A stretch of DNA of 63,306 nt, filler included, from Globobulimina sp. (taxonomy: Eukaryota), in NCBI GenBank assembly GCA_003354225.1. It is 27 parts of 27 records of this genome, joined end to end, with 100 filler letters (N's around TTAATTAATTAA, not from the genome) between each part and the next. Parts side by side here need not be neighbours in the genome. Positions count along the whole stretch, not along the records: positions 46,981 to 49,227 come from PIVH01007902.1; positions 49,328 to 51,574 come from PIVH01007903.1; positions 51,675 to 53,921 come from PIVH01007904.1; positions 54,022 to 56,268 come from PIVH01007905.1; positions 56,369 to 58,614 come from PIVH01007906.1; positions 58,715 to 60,960 come from PIVH01007907.1; 21 more parts are not named here. The stretch is one strand, 5' to 3'. Below the pieces are notes generated by a model. That model saw nothing but the letters and a program-made list of their open reading frames with translations. It made no database searches and had not been told where the DNA came from. The translations under genes and the position numbers were made by a program. Below, in pieces: positions 47,146 through 58,912 of the stretch (its first letter is position 1; each line of letters opens with the position of its first letter).

Positions 47146-48879
47146 ACATTTTATTTTGGTTTGTTGTAAAATATCACAACAATATGCCAAATATCTATAA
47201 CATACTAAAAATTGCATATAATAATTGGATTTTGGATGATCAAAAATTAGCGGCAATATTCCCATTGGAAAAGTTCAAAATTAGTGATAAATGCTATGAT
47301 AAATTGGATCAAATACTATCTCCGAATACGTTCAAATTAGAATCAGATCAAAAAGAGTCAGATTTAATGGATAAGAATTTGATAAAATTTTGCAACGTCG
47401 GCAAAATTATTATGATGGATAACAAGAAAATAAACTGCGATAATTTGGATAAATGTGTAGGTTTTATGTGTTGTACGAAATTGACGGAATTAAATATCAT
47501 GAAAGGAAGAGATGACTGCATTTGTAAAAAATATCCGAATGTGATGTGGAATGAGAAAAAATGGAAATCGACAGTTACTGGACAAGCAGTAAAAATAAAT
47601 AGATCCTCATGTTTCAGCAAAATATGCAAGAAACCTTATTTTGGAAAATGTGGGCGAGGAATAACTGGAAAAAGACAGTTTAAAACAAGAACGAGAGAGC
47701 ACGTTGGCGACGTATTGAAAGTATATAAATTATTAATGGATAATAATTATTATGACGAAACAGGCAAAATCCGCAACAATATAGGTACATTGGCATTGAT
47801 TTTAAAGAGAATAAAAAAGGATTATACGGGAGAGGTATTACATTGCCTTGGTATGGATGGGTCGAAGTGCTATGAATCAAAACATGCATTTTAAAACAAT
47901 TTAAGGGCGATAACAGATTTGTAATTGAGGCAAAATTATGTAAAGAAGAAATCTATTATCAAACGCAATTTTGTGCCATTACTCATGGTATGAACAGCGG
48001 GAAAGACGCAAACAATACGGGAACGTTTACAAGAGACTTTACCAAGAAAGTCGACCAACAATTAATGGATTTGGAGCGAGATTTGAGAGTGAAAGAATTT
48101 GCAAAAATAACAAAAATATTAGAAAAAGATAGATTAAAATCAAAAAAGGATATCACAAATCTGAAAAACGAATTGAATTTCTCCTCATTTTTCCATAAAA
48201 ATAACAATAAATTATCAGCGTCATTCACAGGTATTAACTTATCGAAAATATCAGAAAATGATACCGTATTAGATATAGATTGGGAGACTTTTAATAATGA
48301 CAATGTCAATTTTAATTTGAATGCGTCGATATTGGATAACGAGGAGGCAAAATTAACACAAATCAATACAGCCTTAAACCAATCATTAATTATGTTATCT
48401 CAACAAGTTCCCATTCATCTAAAAAACCAAACATTGGAATTGGAAGACTTATTGAAACAAAAAAACGTTTTGAGTGACAACTTAAAAACAAAAACTCAGA
48501 ATTTATCAAATGTTTCATTAATTTCAAATAATTATAATACATTAAACACATTAAAAGAGAATGGATTGAGTGAATTGGTAATAAATGATGCGGATTTAAT
48601 GCATTTCGACGAGAATTCAATAACCACGCATCTAAATGACATAAATTTAGATTTAGATTTGACGTTTAATAATGTACAAAATGGACAAGATATTTTAGAT
48701 TTATTCGATGAAGATTTGGACGCTATAAATAATACAATGGATATTAGTCCAGAGCCAGAGCCACATATTACGTTTAAAAGCAAGTGGGAGCGTTGGGAGA
48801 GAGAAGAATTATTGAATTCGAGTGATGAGAATCGAGATAAGCCGTTTACATCGATCTTGTAGCTGGTGGAGTCGTATCG

Positions 48880-48928
48880 TTTTTATTCAGTTTTTATTCA
48901 GTTTTTATTCAGTTTTTATTCAGTTTTT
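48880..48928. repeat. (TTTTTATTCAG) x4 microsatellite in the PLE 3' region
   Basis: 11-bp unit in tandem. Confidence 0.9.
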
Positions 48929-49183
48929 AGGCATTTGCCATATTGTCAAAGTTGCAGTATTAGTTTTATTTTTATTGTTGTTAGGGTGAATAATTTGGGT
49001 TCGGACTTTTACTTTTTATTTTTTGTTATTTAAGAATCATGTTTGTGTTTATGATTCATATTATCTTTGGTGTGATATATACAATTTTGTGAACTTTTCA
49101 CGTGTGATTTTCTGTATGGTGGTTTGTTTGAGTGTTTGCAAGTTTTTTTATTGTGATTGATTGTGTAAAACTTCAATTAAAAA

Positions 49184-49225
49184 CACTTTGACAATGGCTA
49201 CTTTAAGTTAGCCGAAAGCTCAGTG
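49184..49225 (+). ncRNA. Minimal type I hammerhead ribozyme, U3-A8 core variant
   Basis: CACT-TTGACAA-T-GGCTA-ctttaagt-TAGCC-GAAAGCTC-AGTG gives stem I CACT/AGTG, stem II GGCTA/TAGCC, palindromic AGCT stem III and a UC cleavage site (after 49221). It sits at the 3' end of the PLE. Confidence 0.75.
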
Positions 49226-49327
49226 AANNNNNNNNNNNNNNNNNNNNNNNNNNNNNNNNNNNNNNNNNNNNTTAATTAATTAANNNNNNNNNNNNNNNNN
49301 NNNNNNNNNNNNNNNNNNNNNNNNNNN

Positions 49328-51574
49328 TTAATGCAAAAATTATTATTGATATTTAAACATAGCGATTGTTATAATACAGTGGAGAGATTGGAAATTATTA
49401 TTCGTGAAATAAATAATTCCATAATATCGCAAGCAAGCAAATATATTTCAGGGGAAGAAATCTTTGGCTTTCTTGATGATGACAATGCCGATGAAGCTAT
49501 TAATAAAATCGAAGAAACAATAAATGTGTGTCTCTCATTTAAATCCATATTTTTAGAATGTAAATCTATCGCAATATCAATGCAAGAATTAAATAATTCA
49601 AATGCGAGTTCATTAGTCGAGTCATGGCAAAAACTGTCAATCGATAAAATGTTTAATAGGTTTGACATATTTATGGAGAGATGTCGCGACGTGCAGTCAT
49701 TTACAAAATTAGTGGATCAATTTAGTAAAATGGAAAAAATATATATTGGTGGTACGCAAGGCAAAGAATTAACGCTACAAATCCGCGAAATTTATGAGAA
49801 ATTCAATAAATATAAAAACAAATTTAAACTCGTCCGCTATGATATGATGGATATAAAGGCATTGCAGTTTGATGCCGATTTTTACGAATTTCGACAAAAT
49901 ACAAAGTATTTGGAAAAGAGATTAGCGACCATATTATGCAAAGGCTTTGATGACTTAACTACTATGCATGCAAGATTTCAATTATTGGACGGATTTGATG
50001 GCTTATTAAATAGACCAATATTAAAGGAGGAATTTAAAAATAAACAATGTCTATTAATAAACAATTTCATTTCCCAATTACGCGATTTACAGCTACAATT
50101 TAATCAAAATAAGCATGATCCGCCCATTCATACGAATTTACCAAAAAGGTCTGGCTCCATAGCATGGTGTCGCGCCTTTAAACACCGAATAATACCAAAT
50201 ATGAATAAATTACGACAAATTATATCGAAATCTAATCAGGACAACGATTATGATAAAATGAAAGAAACCCATCAAATTTTTCAAAGTTTTAGCAAAGATA
50301 TTGATGATTTTGAAAGACAACAAATTGAACTTTGGAAAGATGAAATTGATGAAACATCCGAAGAAAATTTGAAAAAAAATATTTTAATTCGCATTGAAAT
50401 CGATGGTATAATGAATATTCAGGTCAATTTTGATCCAACTCTTAAAAAACTATTACGAGAATGTAAATATTTTAAGAAATATAACATTAATATACCACAA
50501 AAAGCATCTGACATTGATTCGAAAGCAGATCAATATAAAAATCAAACCTGTCAATTGCAACTAATCACAAACAAATACAATTTGATGGTATCCTCGTTAA
50601 GCGAGGCTGAGAAGCCATTATTGAATGAATATATCGCATCCATTGATAAGTATATGGCGGAAGGTTTTAATGCAATTAGTTGGAAATCAAGAAATGTGAA
50701 TCAATTTATTGCAAACATTCAACAAGAAACCAATTCAGTTTATAAAATCTATCAAACCATGAAAATAAATGTGAATAAAATGAGAGAATTATTGATTGAG
50801 TTTGGAGAGATTGCTTTATGTGAACGAAAGAATAAGGCAGTATCTGTCGATGAATTTGCTGATTCCATTGATAAAATACAAAAAACGCGATTTAGTGTCC
50901 TCAATAATATAAACAATGAATGTGAACAATTAATTAAGCAAATCCATTCTTGTTTGACTAAAATATCAGTCGGTGATCCAAAATGGAAAAATTATGTAAA
51001 ATTCATACAAGAAAATATATTATGTGAATTGGCGACCATTGTAGAAACTTGTGTGGATTGGATGATTCAACAAATTGATGATGATGACGGCGAGAAAACA
51101 AATGGCGAAAATGACGAAAAGCAACAGCAACAGCAAGAAGAGCCAGAGCCAGACCACGACGAAGGGGAACATTCAATAATGCAGCAATCCGCATTGATTG
51201 AAGTGCAATTAGCTTTATTTGGACAAGACATCAAATTTACAACCACCACTCAAAAAAAGTCACATCCGCACCCATCTCAACAATCGCAGCCGCAGCATGG
51301 TGATGTTTGGCAGAAGATGTCTGGAATAATATTATCATTCTTTAAAATTGGTGAAATTATGAAAAAAATGATTGGTGAAAATGATTTATTGCAATTAGAA
51401 AGATTGAAATTAGGCATTGAAAAATTGAATAAGTTATTAAATAAAAATAAAACAAAATGTGTACAATATAGACAAGAATTTATTGAATTTGAACATTTAT
51501 ATAAAAAAGATCGAAATCGTGAATTTAAAGAATTTTTATCATGTGGTGGTGGTGGTCCTGCCGCGGAGAATAAT
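49328..51574 (+). CDS. Axonemal (outer-arm beta-like) dynein heavy chain, N-terminal tail (DHC_N1) fragment
   Basis: YNTVERL..IIREINN.II.QA..YI, F.KMEKI.IGGTQGKELT, FDADFYEFR...LEKRLA.IL..GFDD, NLP..SG.IAW and VNFDP.L..LLRE.KY. Confidence 0.9.
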
Positions 51575-51674
51575 NNNNNNNNNNNNNNNNNNNNNNNNNN
51601 NNNNNNNNNNNNNNNNNNTTAATTAATTAANNNNNNNNNNNNNNNNNNNNNNNNNNNNNNNNNNNNNNNNNNNN

Positions 51675-51996
51675 TCAATCTAACCAAATAGTTTTGTGTC
51701 AAATCTTTGATCTTAAAAAAATATATGTTTTGATGGAGTTTGTACACTTTGATCGGTAATGATTTTAAGAAATCGGGATCATTAATTAGAGGCATTGCAG
51801 CCAGAGTGCCTTTTTCGTTTTCAATGTGATCTCTGCCGGCAAATGGCACATAATAATAATTGCTGGAATGAGTGTAGAATTTGTGTTTTTCATATTTCTT
51901 TCTGAGTGGTTTTTGTTTGCTTGGATATTTTCTACGCAATGGATATGTTAATTTATATTCATCATATTCCTCGAGATATTTCTTGGGCACAGACAT
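51675..51996 (-). CDS. Hypothetical protein N-terminus, 3' partial
   Basis: Open from ATG 51996 to the contig edge. Confidence 0.4.
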
Positions 51997-52222
51997 GTTG
52001 CTCCCAAAAGTTTTTGATGATTAAGAAGTAAAGTGAGGTATTAAAAAATACGAAATTTATAAAAGTAAGAATTCGGAAACACGTTGCTTGCCTAGAAAAA
52101 ACAATTTGAATAATATACTATTAATGAAAGATAAAAAAAAATGGAAATAATCAATTGACACTAAATTCGCTTTAACAATTATTGAGTTTGCTCTCACACT
52201 CATCAAGATCAGTCATGTCAAA

Positions 52223-53365
52223 TCATTTATCATTTAGTTTCGGGTTAATTACTCCTGAGAACTTGAAACGTGGATCATGATTCAGAAAGCCAGGCGCAGC
52301 ATTTAACATTTCAAAAAAGGTACTCTGCCCTGAATCTGTTAATTTTGCCAAAAATGCTCTAATCATACCACTGTAAAACCATCCAATATGTTTACGTTTG
52401 AAAGCAGAAGAAAATCTTACTGAATGCGCTACTGTTCGTGGAGACAAATTTTCAACACCATGTATCCATAATGGACAGTTGAGCAAAACATCTCCTGGTT
52501 CCAAAATAATATCCATGTAATCTGATGTTGACACGTTGTTTTGATTTAAAACAGGATATATTTGGTTATCAATATCGATTTTGCCATACGCTGCAGAATG
52601 TTTCTTACAACTAATATAAAGTGCTCTGTTGTTAATCCAATTGCAACCGAATGCATCCAAGTGGTCTGAATCTATCAAAATCCATCTTTTCCTGCCGGCT
52701 AATTGGAAAAAGAAGTTATACCCCAATGCCGCATGAAGTGCAGAACCTGTTCCAATGCCTCGTGACATGAAAAATTGACTGCCAAAGTATCTGTAGTTAC
52801 CGATGAAACGTCTCATACGATTACCAATGAATGAAATGTATTCCTTCTCAGTTCCTAATTGATGAAGGGTGTGAACAATGTGCTTGGAATACTTTTCCAG
52901 TGTCAAATAATCATTCAGTGAGATGAACTCAGGCTTATCAGAACCATCAATCGCGTCTGATGCACCAATAATTTTGTTTGGAGAAGTTACTTCGATGGTG
53001 CGATTACCCCAATATTGAAGCATTTTTTCTGTGATCATTTTTACACATAAATCTTCTTCATCTTTTCGACAGTTTGAATAAGTCTTGTTTTTGCTAATGT
53101 GGCTGTATTTAAGTACATTTCTCAACACCACAGGATGTTTGCATGGTGGACTCGCATACTTAATCCAATTGTTCCATGAATCCTTTGGAGCAAACTTTTC
53201 ATATTCAGCAGGTTCAATTATTAAATCGGTATAGAATATGAGTGGTATTTTCTGTATTACTTGATACCAATTCTCCCATGTTTCGTTTAAGTCTTCTACT
53301 TTCAAGTAAACAACTACGCTAATCAAAATTGGCATAAATAACAGCATCAGTTGTCTTACAGACAT
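52223..53365 (-). CDS. Membrane-anchored JmjC/Cupin_8 Fe(II)/2OG oxygenase-like protein with HxA motif
   Basis: N-terminal anchor, PVVLRN, GTGSALHAALGYNFFFQLAGRKRWIL and ILEPGDVLLNCPLWIHGVEN. Confidence 0.85.
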   Translation of the reverse strand: MSVRQLMLLFMPILISVVVYLKVEDLNETWENWYQVIQKIPLIFYTDLIIEPAEYEKFAPKDSWNNWIKYASPPCKHPVVLRNVLKYSHISKNKTYSNCRKDEEDLCVKMITEKMLQYWGNRTIEVTSPNKIIGASDAIDGSDKPEFISLNDYLTLEKYSKHIVHTLHQLGTEKEYISFIGNRMRRFIGNYRYFGSQFFMSRGIGTGSALHAALGYNFFFQLAGRKRWILIDSDHLDAFGCNWINNRALYISCKKHSAAYGKIDIDNQIYPVLNQNNVSTSDYMDIILEPGDVLLNCPLWIHGVENLSPRTVAHSVRFSSAFKRKHIGWFYSGMIRAFLAKLTDSGQSTFFEMLNAAPGFLNHDPRFKFSGVINPKLNDK

Positions 53366-54036
53366 TTCAAATCCAAATCGGTTTGTTTTGAGTGTTGTAT
53401 GTTTTGGTTTAGATTTTTTTTTGTAGTTTGCTTTCCTAAGATAAATTTAGCGATTTTTTTTTGTAGTTTGATTTTTTTTTGTGTGAAGCTAAATTTAGCG
53501 ATTTGAATTCATAATCAAAACTAAATCTGCATAATTGCGGTCCAACTGCATAATTGTGGAAAACGTTATTACAATCACATGAATCTGGAGAATCTTTAAT
53601 ACGTCTAATATCCTCAAATGTACATTGTCCACCATTCTATTTATTCGGAGGACTCCGTTTATACATGTAGTTAGTTTGAAAAAAAAAGACGATTCGTCGT
53701 CATCGTCAGGTAACCCAAAATTAAAAAAATTTGTACAAAGTGTAATATTCATATCAAAACAATATTGGGTATAGTGTGTTTTGTTGAACAATGTCTTATA
53801 TGTTGTTTTGTAATATTCGTAAAACTTGGACTTTTTTCGCAGTCATTTTAAACAATGTCATAAACAGTCTGTTGCTAGGAATCATTGTTGTTGTTTGTTT
53901 TTGCATAAATAAAAACAATATNNNNNNNNNNNNNNNNNNNNNNNNNNNNNNNNNNNNNNNNNNNNTTAATTAATTAANNNNNNNNNNNNNNNNNNNNNNN
54001 NNNNNNNNNNNNNNNNNNNNNTTCGATTCTAAGTAT

Positions 54037-54555
54037 ATGGCATATGGGAAATTGAACATTTTATCAAATGATATTGATGCCTATGAAGCATATTTAATTG
54101 ATATCATTTCATCTGATCAATTCTTACAATCTTTTAATCAAAATATGAATATAAAATTGTATTCAATGGATGCGTTTCAATGCATGGCAATTGACATAAA
54201 TAATAATATTGTTATGGATATAGATCAAGATATTGATTTAGATATAAATATAAAATCAAACTCGAATCATACACAAATTATAATTATATTTATTGTAATT
54301 GGTATTTTGTGTAGTATAACATGTACAATTTGGTGTCGTTATGGCCTACGGAAACACTGTCATTATTACTATTCTCTATTTAAGAAATCACTGCCAAATG
54401 ACGAGGATATTAATATCAACCATCAACACCAAGACAATACACAAAATAAAATCAAAAACCCGAACGAAATCGATAAAAGTCCCAGACATTGGGGCTTCAC
54501 GAATGGCCATGGCAAATATGGTGAAGTTAAGCAACAACCAGGTTTGGACAATTAA
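54037..54555 (+). CDS. Single-pass membrane protein fragment
   Basis: TM helix IIIIFIVIGILCSITCTIW. Confidence 0.45.
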   Translation: MAYGKLNILSNDIDAYEAYLIDIISSDQFLQSFNQNMNIKLYSMDAFQCMAIDINNNIVMDIDQDIDLDINIKSNSNHTQIIIIFIVIGILCSITCTIWCRYGLRKHCHYYYSLFKKSLPNDEDININHQHQDNTQNKIKNPNEIDKSPRHWGFTNGHGKYGEVKQQPGLDN

Positions 54556-54782
54556 TGCATGACATTTTCACCGGAAAGGTGTCAACGATGACTAGTTCAC
54601 TTTACAAGAAACATTAAATCAACACAAATTGCTGCAAAGTGAGCTAGTAATCGCTGCCATGATCGGTACGTCAGTGACACTAAGTTTTCAGTTAAAAATG
54701 CCATACATTTCTGCATGACAACAAAGCACAACACGAGCATATAACCGCCTCATCGCCATTACAACCGCAAGAAAGAAATCGA

Positions 54783-55517
54783 GTGGCATCTGATTCAAAA
54801 TCTACTGCCACCGCCACAACCACTGACGAGAAAGAGAACGATAACTATTTTATCAATCGGCAACGATCCCGTACCTTAAACATAAAACAACATCCACTGT
54901 ACCATGAGCACCACAAACGAGGGGCGCGACTAAATCGCCACATGCATATGAATTTGCCCCATGTGAAATCAATGCGGAGTTTAAGTAGCGTTGATATTTC
55001 TGAACTATTCCAATCGCCCACCCGTTCGCATTCCCATTCGTATGTATCAAAGGAAGGGCAGTTTACGTCCACACACAATAATTACCATATTTATGCCAAC
55101 ACAATGCCTGTTTTTTCGTTACATCCACAATTAAGCATAGCCAACGACGCATTGATTGAGATATCGCATACCTCCACTATTGAGCAGATGGACGACGATT
55201 TGGATGATTATCAAAGCATTGCAATGGATGACAATGAAGAGATTAAAAATGTGCAAAATGATGGTACGTACAGCGATGACTCGTTGGAGCATTGTATAAC
55301 ACCAATGTTGGGCGCGCAAAATGTGGCAGATGAACATAATAAATTAAGTGATGATACTGAGCCGGAATTGCCATTATCACCGTGTAATAGCGATACATCG
55401 TCACAATCCGAACAAGAAACAGTTGCTATTATAAATCGTCATATTACAGTCTCTTCGCTGTCATCTTTCGGGTCTTCCATAAAATATGATACTTCCAGTG
55501 AGCGCACAAAATTATGA
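54783..55517 (+). CDS. Ser/Asp-rich disordered protein (possibly the tail of the upstream membrane protein)
   Basis: 244-aa ORF; start uncertain. Confidence 0.45.
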   Translation: MASDSKSTATATTTDEKENDNYFINRQRSRTLNIKQHPLYHEHHKRGARLNRHMHMNLPHVKSMRSLSSVDISELFQSPTRSHSHSYVSKEGQFTSTHNNYHIYANTMPVFSLHPQLSIANDALIEISHTSTIEQMDDDLDDYQSIAMDDNEEIKNVQNDGTYSDDSLEHCITPMLGAQNVADEHNKLSDDTEPELPLSPCNSDTSSQSEQETVAIINRHITVSSLSSFGSSIKYDTSSERTKL

Positions 55518-55780
55518 TGTCAATCTTTTTTTTTTTATTTGTGTTTTATTCTTTCTATTATTTTTTTCCCTTTATTTTATATTGTTTATTTATTATGAAA
55601 TTATATTATTATTTTTTTCATATTTTTTCTGTTTATTATTTAGTTTTTTCTTGAATTATAATTCGTAAAAGAATTGGAATTAAATCAATTAATTGCAAAC
55701 AATCATAATGATAGCACCTAGTACCTGTAACTCTATCATTGTCTGTCAAGTAGACCCAAAATTGTTGAAGTGTTCTTAGC

Positions 55781-56268
55781 ATGTCAGATAATAATGACTC
55801 AGATGGACTGTCGTCAGTATCAACGCATGGTTCTATGCCATCATTAATGAGTGATGATGAATCCGATACTGACGAGGATTACAGTACAGGCTCACATTCA
55901 GATGATTCTGCACAACAAAGATTGATAATAAATGCTCCCGATAATAATAATAATAATAATAATAACGGTAACAATCTCGCACCAAACGATATGGAGAATG
56001 ACGTAGAAAATGAATCAGATGGCATGTCGTCAGTATCAACGCACTCTTCAATGCCACCAATAATGGATGGTGATTCAGATAATGCCGCTGTTGATGATAA
56101 TAATGTCAATTCCTCTGATCATGATGATGAACCTCCAAATAATAATAATAACAATTGGGGAGGCGGTCCATTTCTCGTTGTGAACGAACACGAAGAAGAA
56201 GAAGAAGAAGAAGAAGAAGAAGAAAACCAACAACAAGAACATAAGGTAGATTTGAATGAATTTTGGAA
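55781..56268 (+). CDS. Acidic low-complexity protein N-terminus, 3' partial
   Basis: Duplicated SDG(L/M)SSVSTH(G/S)SMP motif; poly-N and poly-E tracts. Confidence 0.55.
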
Positions 56269-56987
56269 NNNNNNNNNNNNNNNNNNNNNNNNNNNNNNNN
56301 NNNNNNNNNNNNTTAATTAATTAANNNNNNNNNNNNNNNNNNNNNNNNNNNNNNNNNNNNNNNNNNNNTATTCGTAAATGTTTGTGATTTCACACGCGTG
56401 GACTAAAAATATCGCTGATATTAAACTATATACACTGCTAAATAATGTTGCTATGATGGATGGCCATAATGTACCGTATCTAAATGCCCATGGTAAGCTA
56501 TATGTTTTTTGATTGTGTAAAGTATATTGATGTACAGTACTGCTGTATTTAGAAGAGATTAACCAACGTTAACATTCCGGCACCGATACATAATTTTATC
56601 ATGTTGATGGTGCATATTATCAACGATGATGTTGCTTTTGTGTCGGAATATTTCTTCAATAATTTTGTGTCGGAATGAATTGGATCACTATTTGTGTTAC
56701 TATCACACAAAGGTGTCTTCAACATCGGAGTATTAGTATTTTATGATTCTTGAAATGTCGGAAAAACAGTCAAGTTAATTTTTCTAGTAACTTGCACTTG
56801 CAGTAATTTCCAGCACGCCCACAGCAAACCAAACTGGTCTCGCAATAGAATTATTCAAACCTAGGTGATGGACCTAAGTAATTCAATTATGCGTTGAACC
56901 TAAGTTTTCCAAAAAGTAGGATAAAAATAACGCAGGTTGTGTTTTCAACAGAAAATAAACTTTGTTACTAAAAGCTCTAATAGAATA

Positions 56988-58177
56988 ATGTCCTCGTTCA
57001 ATTTCTATCCACAAACAGCGAAATCAAACTGCATCCCTGTGAACTACATATATAATGAATCACTGGCAACACCATCTTCACCATCCACCTTAAATCCTGA
57101 CGCATCATCATACACTCCAATAAACAGTCATTTCCCACCATCATTGAATGCCGAAGCAACACCATATTTACCGTTACCATCCAAACTAAACATTCCCCCA
57201 CCAACAACGACGCAAAAAACACCCTGTCCCTCTTTTGCATATTATTCAGATATAAATTCATCACAAATCTACAATGCAACCTGCAAATACCTGGAGCGAG
57301 ACACCCAAAACATGACTGACATCGATACAGATACAATGGCCAGTTCCTCCGCAATGGACACACCCGTTCCCGCCTCCATCACCTCATCGATATCCGTATG
57401 GTCGCACACCAATCACATTGATTTGATCAATATTGAAGCATATGTACCTAATCACAAAACAGATATTGATCAAATAGACAAAATCATCCACAAAGATGCT
57501 GTGCATCCTGTCATCGCCGCGCTAACCAAACAAGAATCAGCTGCCTTGTTGCAAGCACCTGTATGGCGCACAGACGACATAGCAATGGAGCTGGAGATCA
57601 GCAAAATAGCTATGGATGAGGAGGACTACCAATACATATTACATCCACACAAAAAACCAGTAAAATATGGCTATGTCCAAGCAAATGCGAGCATACATAA
57701 CAAAGAATCAAAAATAGCAAAAGAGGAAGGCATATCTGCTATATATCCGCCTCATATTCAATATATGCAACAATGTATGTAATGTAACTGATTAAATTCT
57801 GCACGAATTAACTAATTATATAATATTACCAAAAACGTATTGTTTTTGATATATAAACAGCTGGCACGCCTGCAAGAGGCGAGTTATATGCTACAAAAAC
57901 ATCGAAAATAGCCTCAGATGCAATATCGAAAAAGATAATTACAACAAAGCCAACACATATACAGCACAAAAATGTTGCTGATCTAACCATATCAAATACT
58001 AATTTATACCCACATAAAACGTCACACATTGCAATGGATCCGGAGGGGGTTAGTTGTGATACGAGGCCTATTATGAAGATTGCCTACGATCCGATGGGCT
58101 GCGCGCGCGTTTGTGCCGAATCGCGTATTGCTGTGACTGGCATTAAACAAATATCGTATGTTTACTGCCAAACATAA
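56988..58177 (+). CDS. Hypothetical protein with two PAM2-like motifs; intron 57775-57860
   Basis: STLNPDASSYTP and SLNAEATPYLP. A GTATGT...AACAG intron opens a second exon of about 105 codons. Confidence 0.55.
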
Positions 58178-58912
58178 CACTACAAAGTATATATTTGATA
58201 TTGATGGGATTTCCATTCTTCTGTCCAACCATTAATAATAATGGCCGTTGTGAGTAATTTTAACACATTAATTATATTATAATTTATTTCACTTCTTTGG
58301 ACTGTCTGGGTCCTTTTCAAATGTCTATAATATGTATTGTCACATTCGTAGTGATCCAGAATCGAATGCTATCGAAATTATTTTGACTTATTACATTTGC
58401 TTATTACGAAATGTTTGTTTATAAGTATTTGCTTTTTTTTTTTCTTCAATTTCTGTTGAGTTTTTGTACCATATTCTCAAATTTTATCAAACTGATTTAT
58501 TTTTCAAAGTTTGTATTTTTTTTTCTGTATATTTTATATGTTATAAGTTTAAGTTTTACTTTTTATTTTTACCATATTGTCTAATTTTATTATTTGTGTA
58601 TCAAATTACCGCAANNNNNNNNNNNNNNNNNNNNNNNNNNNNNNNNNNNNNNNNNNNNTTAATTAATTAANNNNNNNNNNNNNNNNNNNNNNNNNNNNNN
58701 NNNNNNNNNNNNNNATTGAATTAAAATCAATAAGTACATCTTCTTTAAAATGGACATCTTTGACGTAGTGAAGTTTGTTTTCGATGAACCAATGTGCTCG
58801 AATACCCTTGGCAACCAAAGTCGCGTCATTAAAGGCTTAACTAAGAATGAAGTAATGTACATTTGTTTAATTTGTATACAGAGCCGAGGCCGATAACGTT
58901 GTTCACGAAGGA

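Larger units (their letters stand above)
47155..49227 (+). mobile_element. Decayed, 5'-truncated Penelope-like retroelement (post-RT linker + GIY-YIG endonuclease + 3' region)
   Basis: FVVKYHNNMPNIYNIL...ILDDQKLAAIF...LDQIL linker, then KSTVTG..VKI...SCFSK, CKKPYFG, FKTRTREH and, after stops and a frameshift, EEIYYQTQFCAITHGMN (GLN motif). Confidence 0.8.

Noticed and set aside
38231-49227. TERT, PLE and LINE as one linked reverse-transcriptase system
   Set aside because: They lie on separate contigs ordered only by length; there is no evidence of physical linkage.
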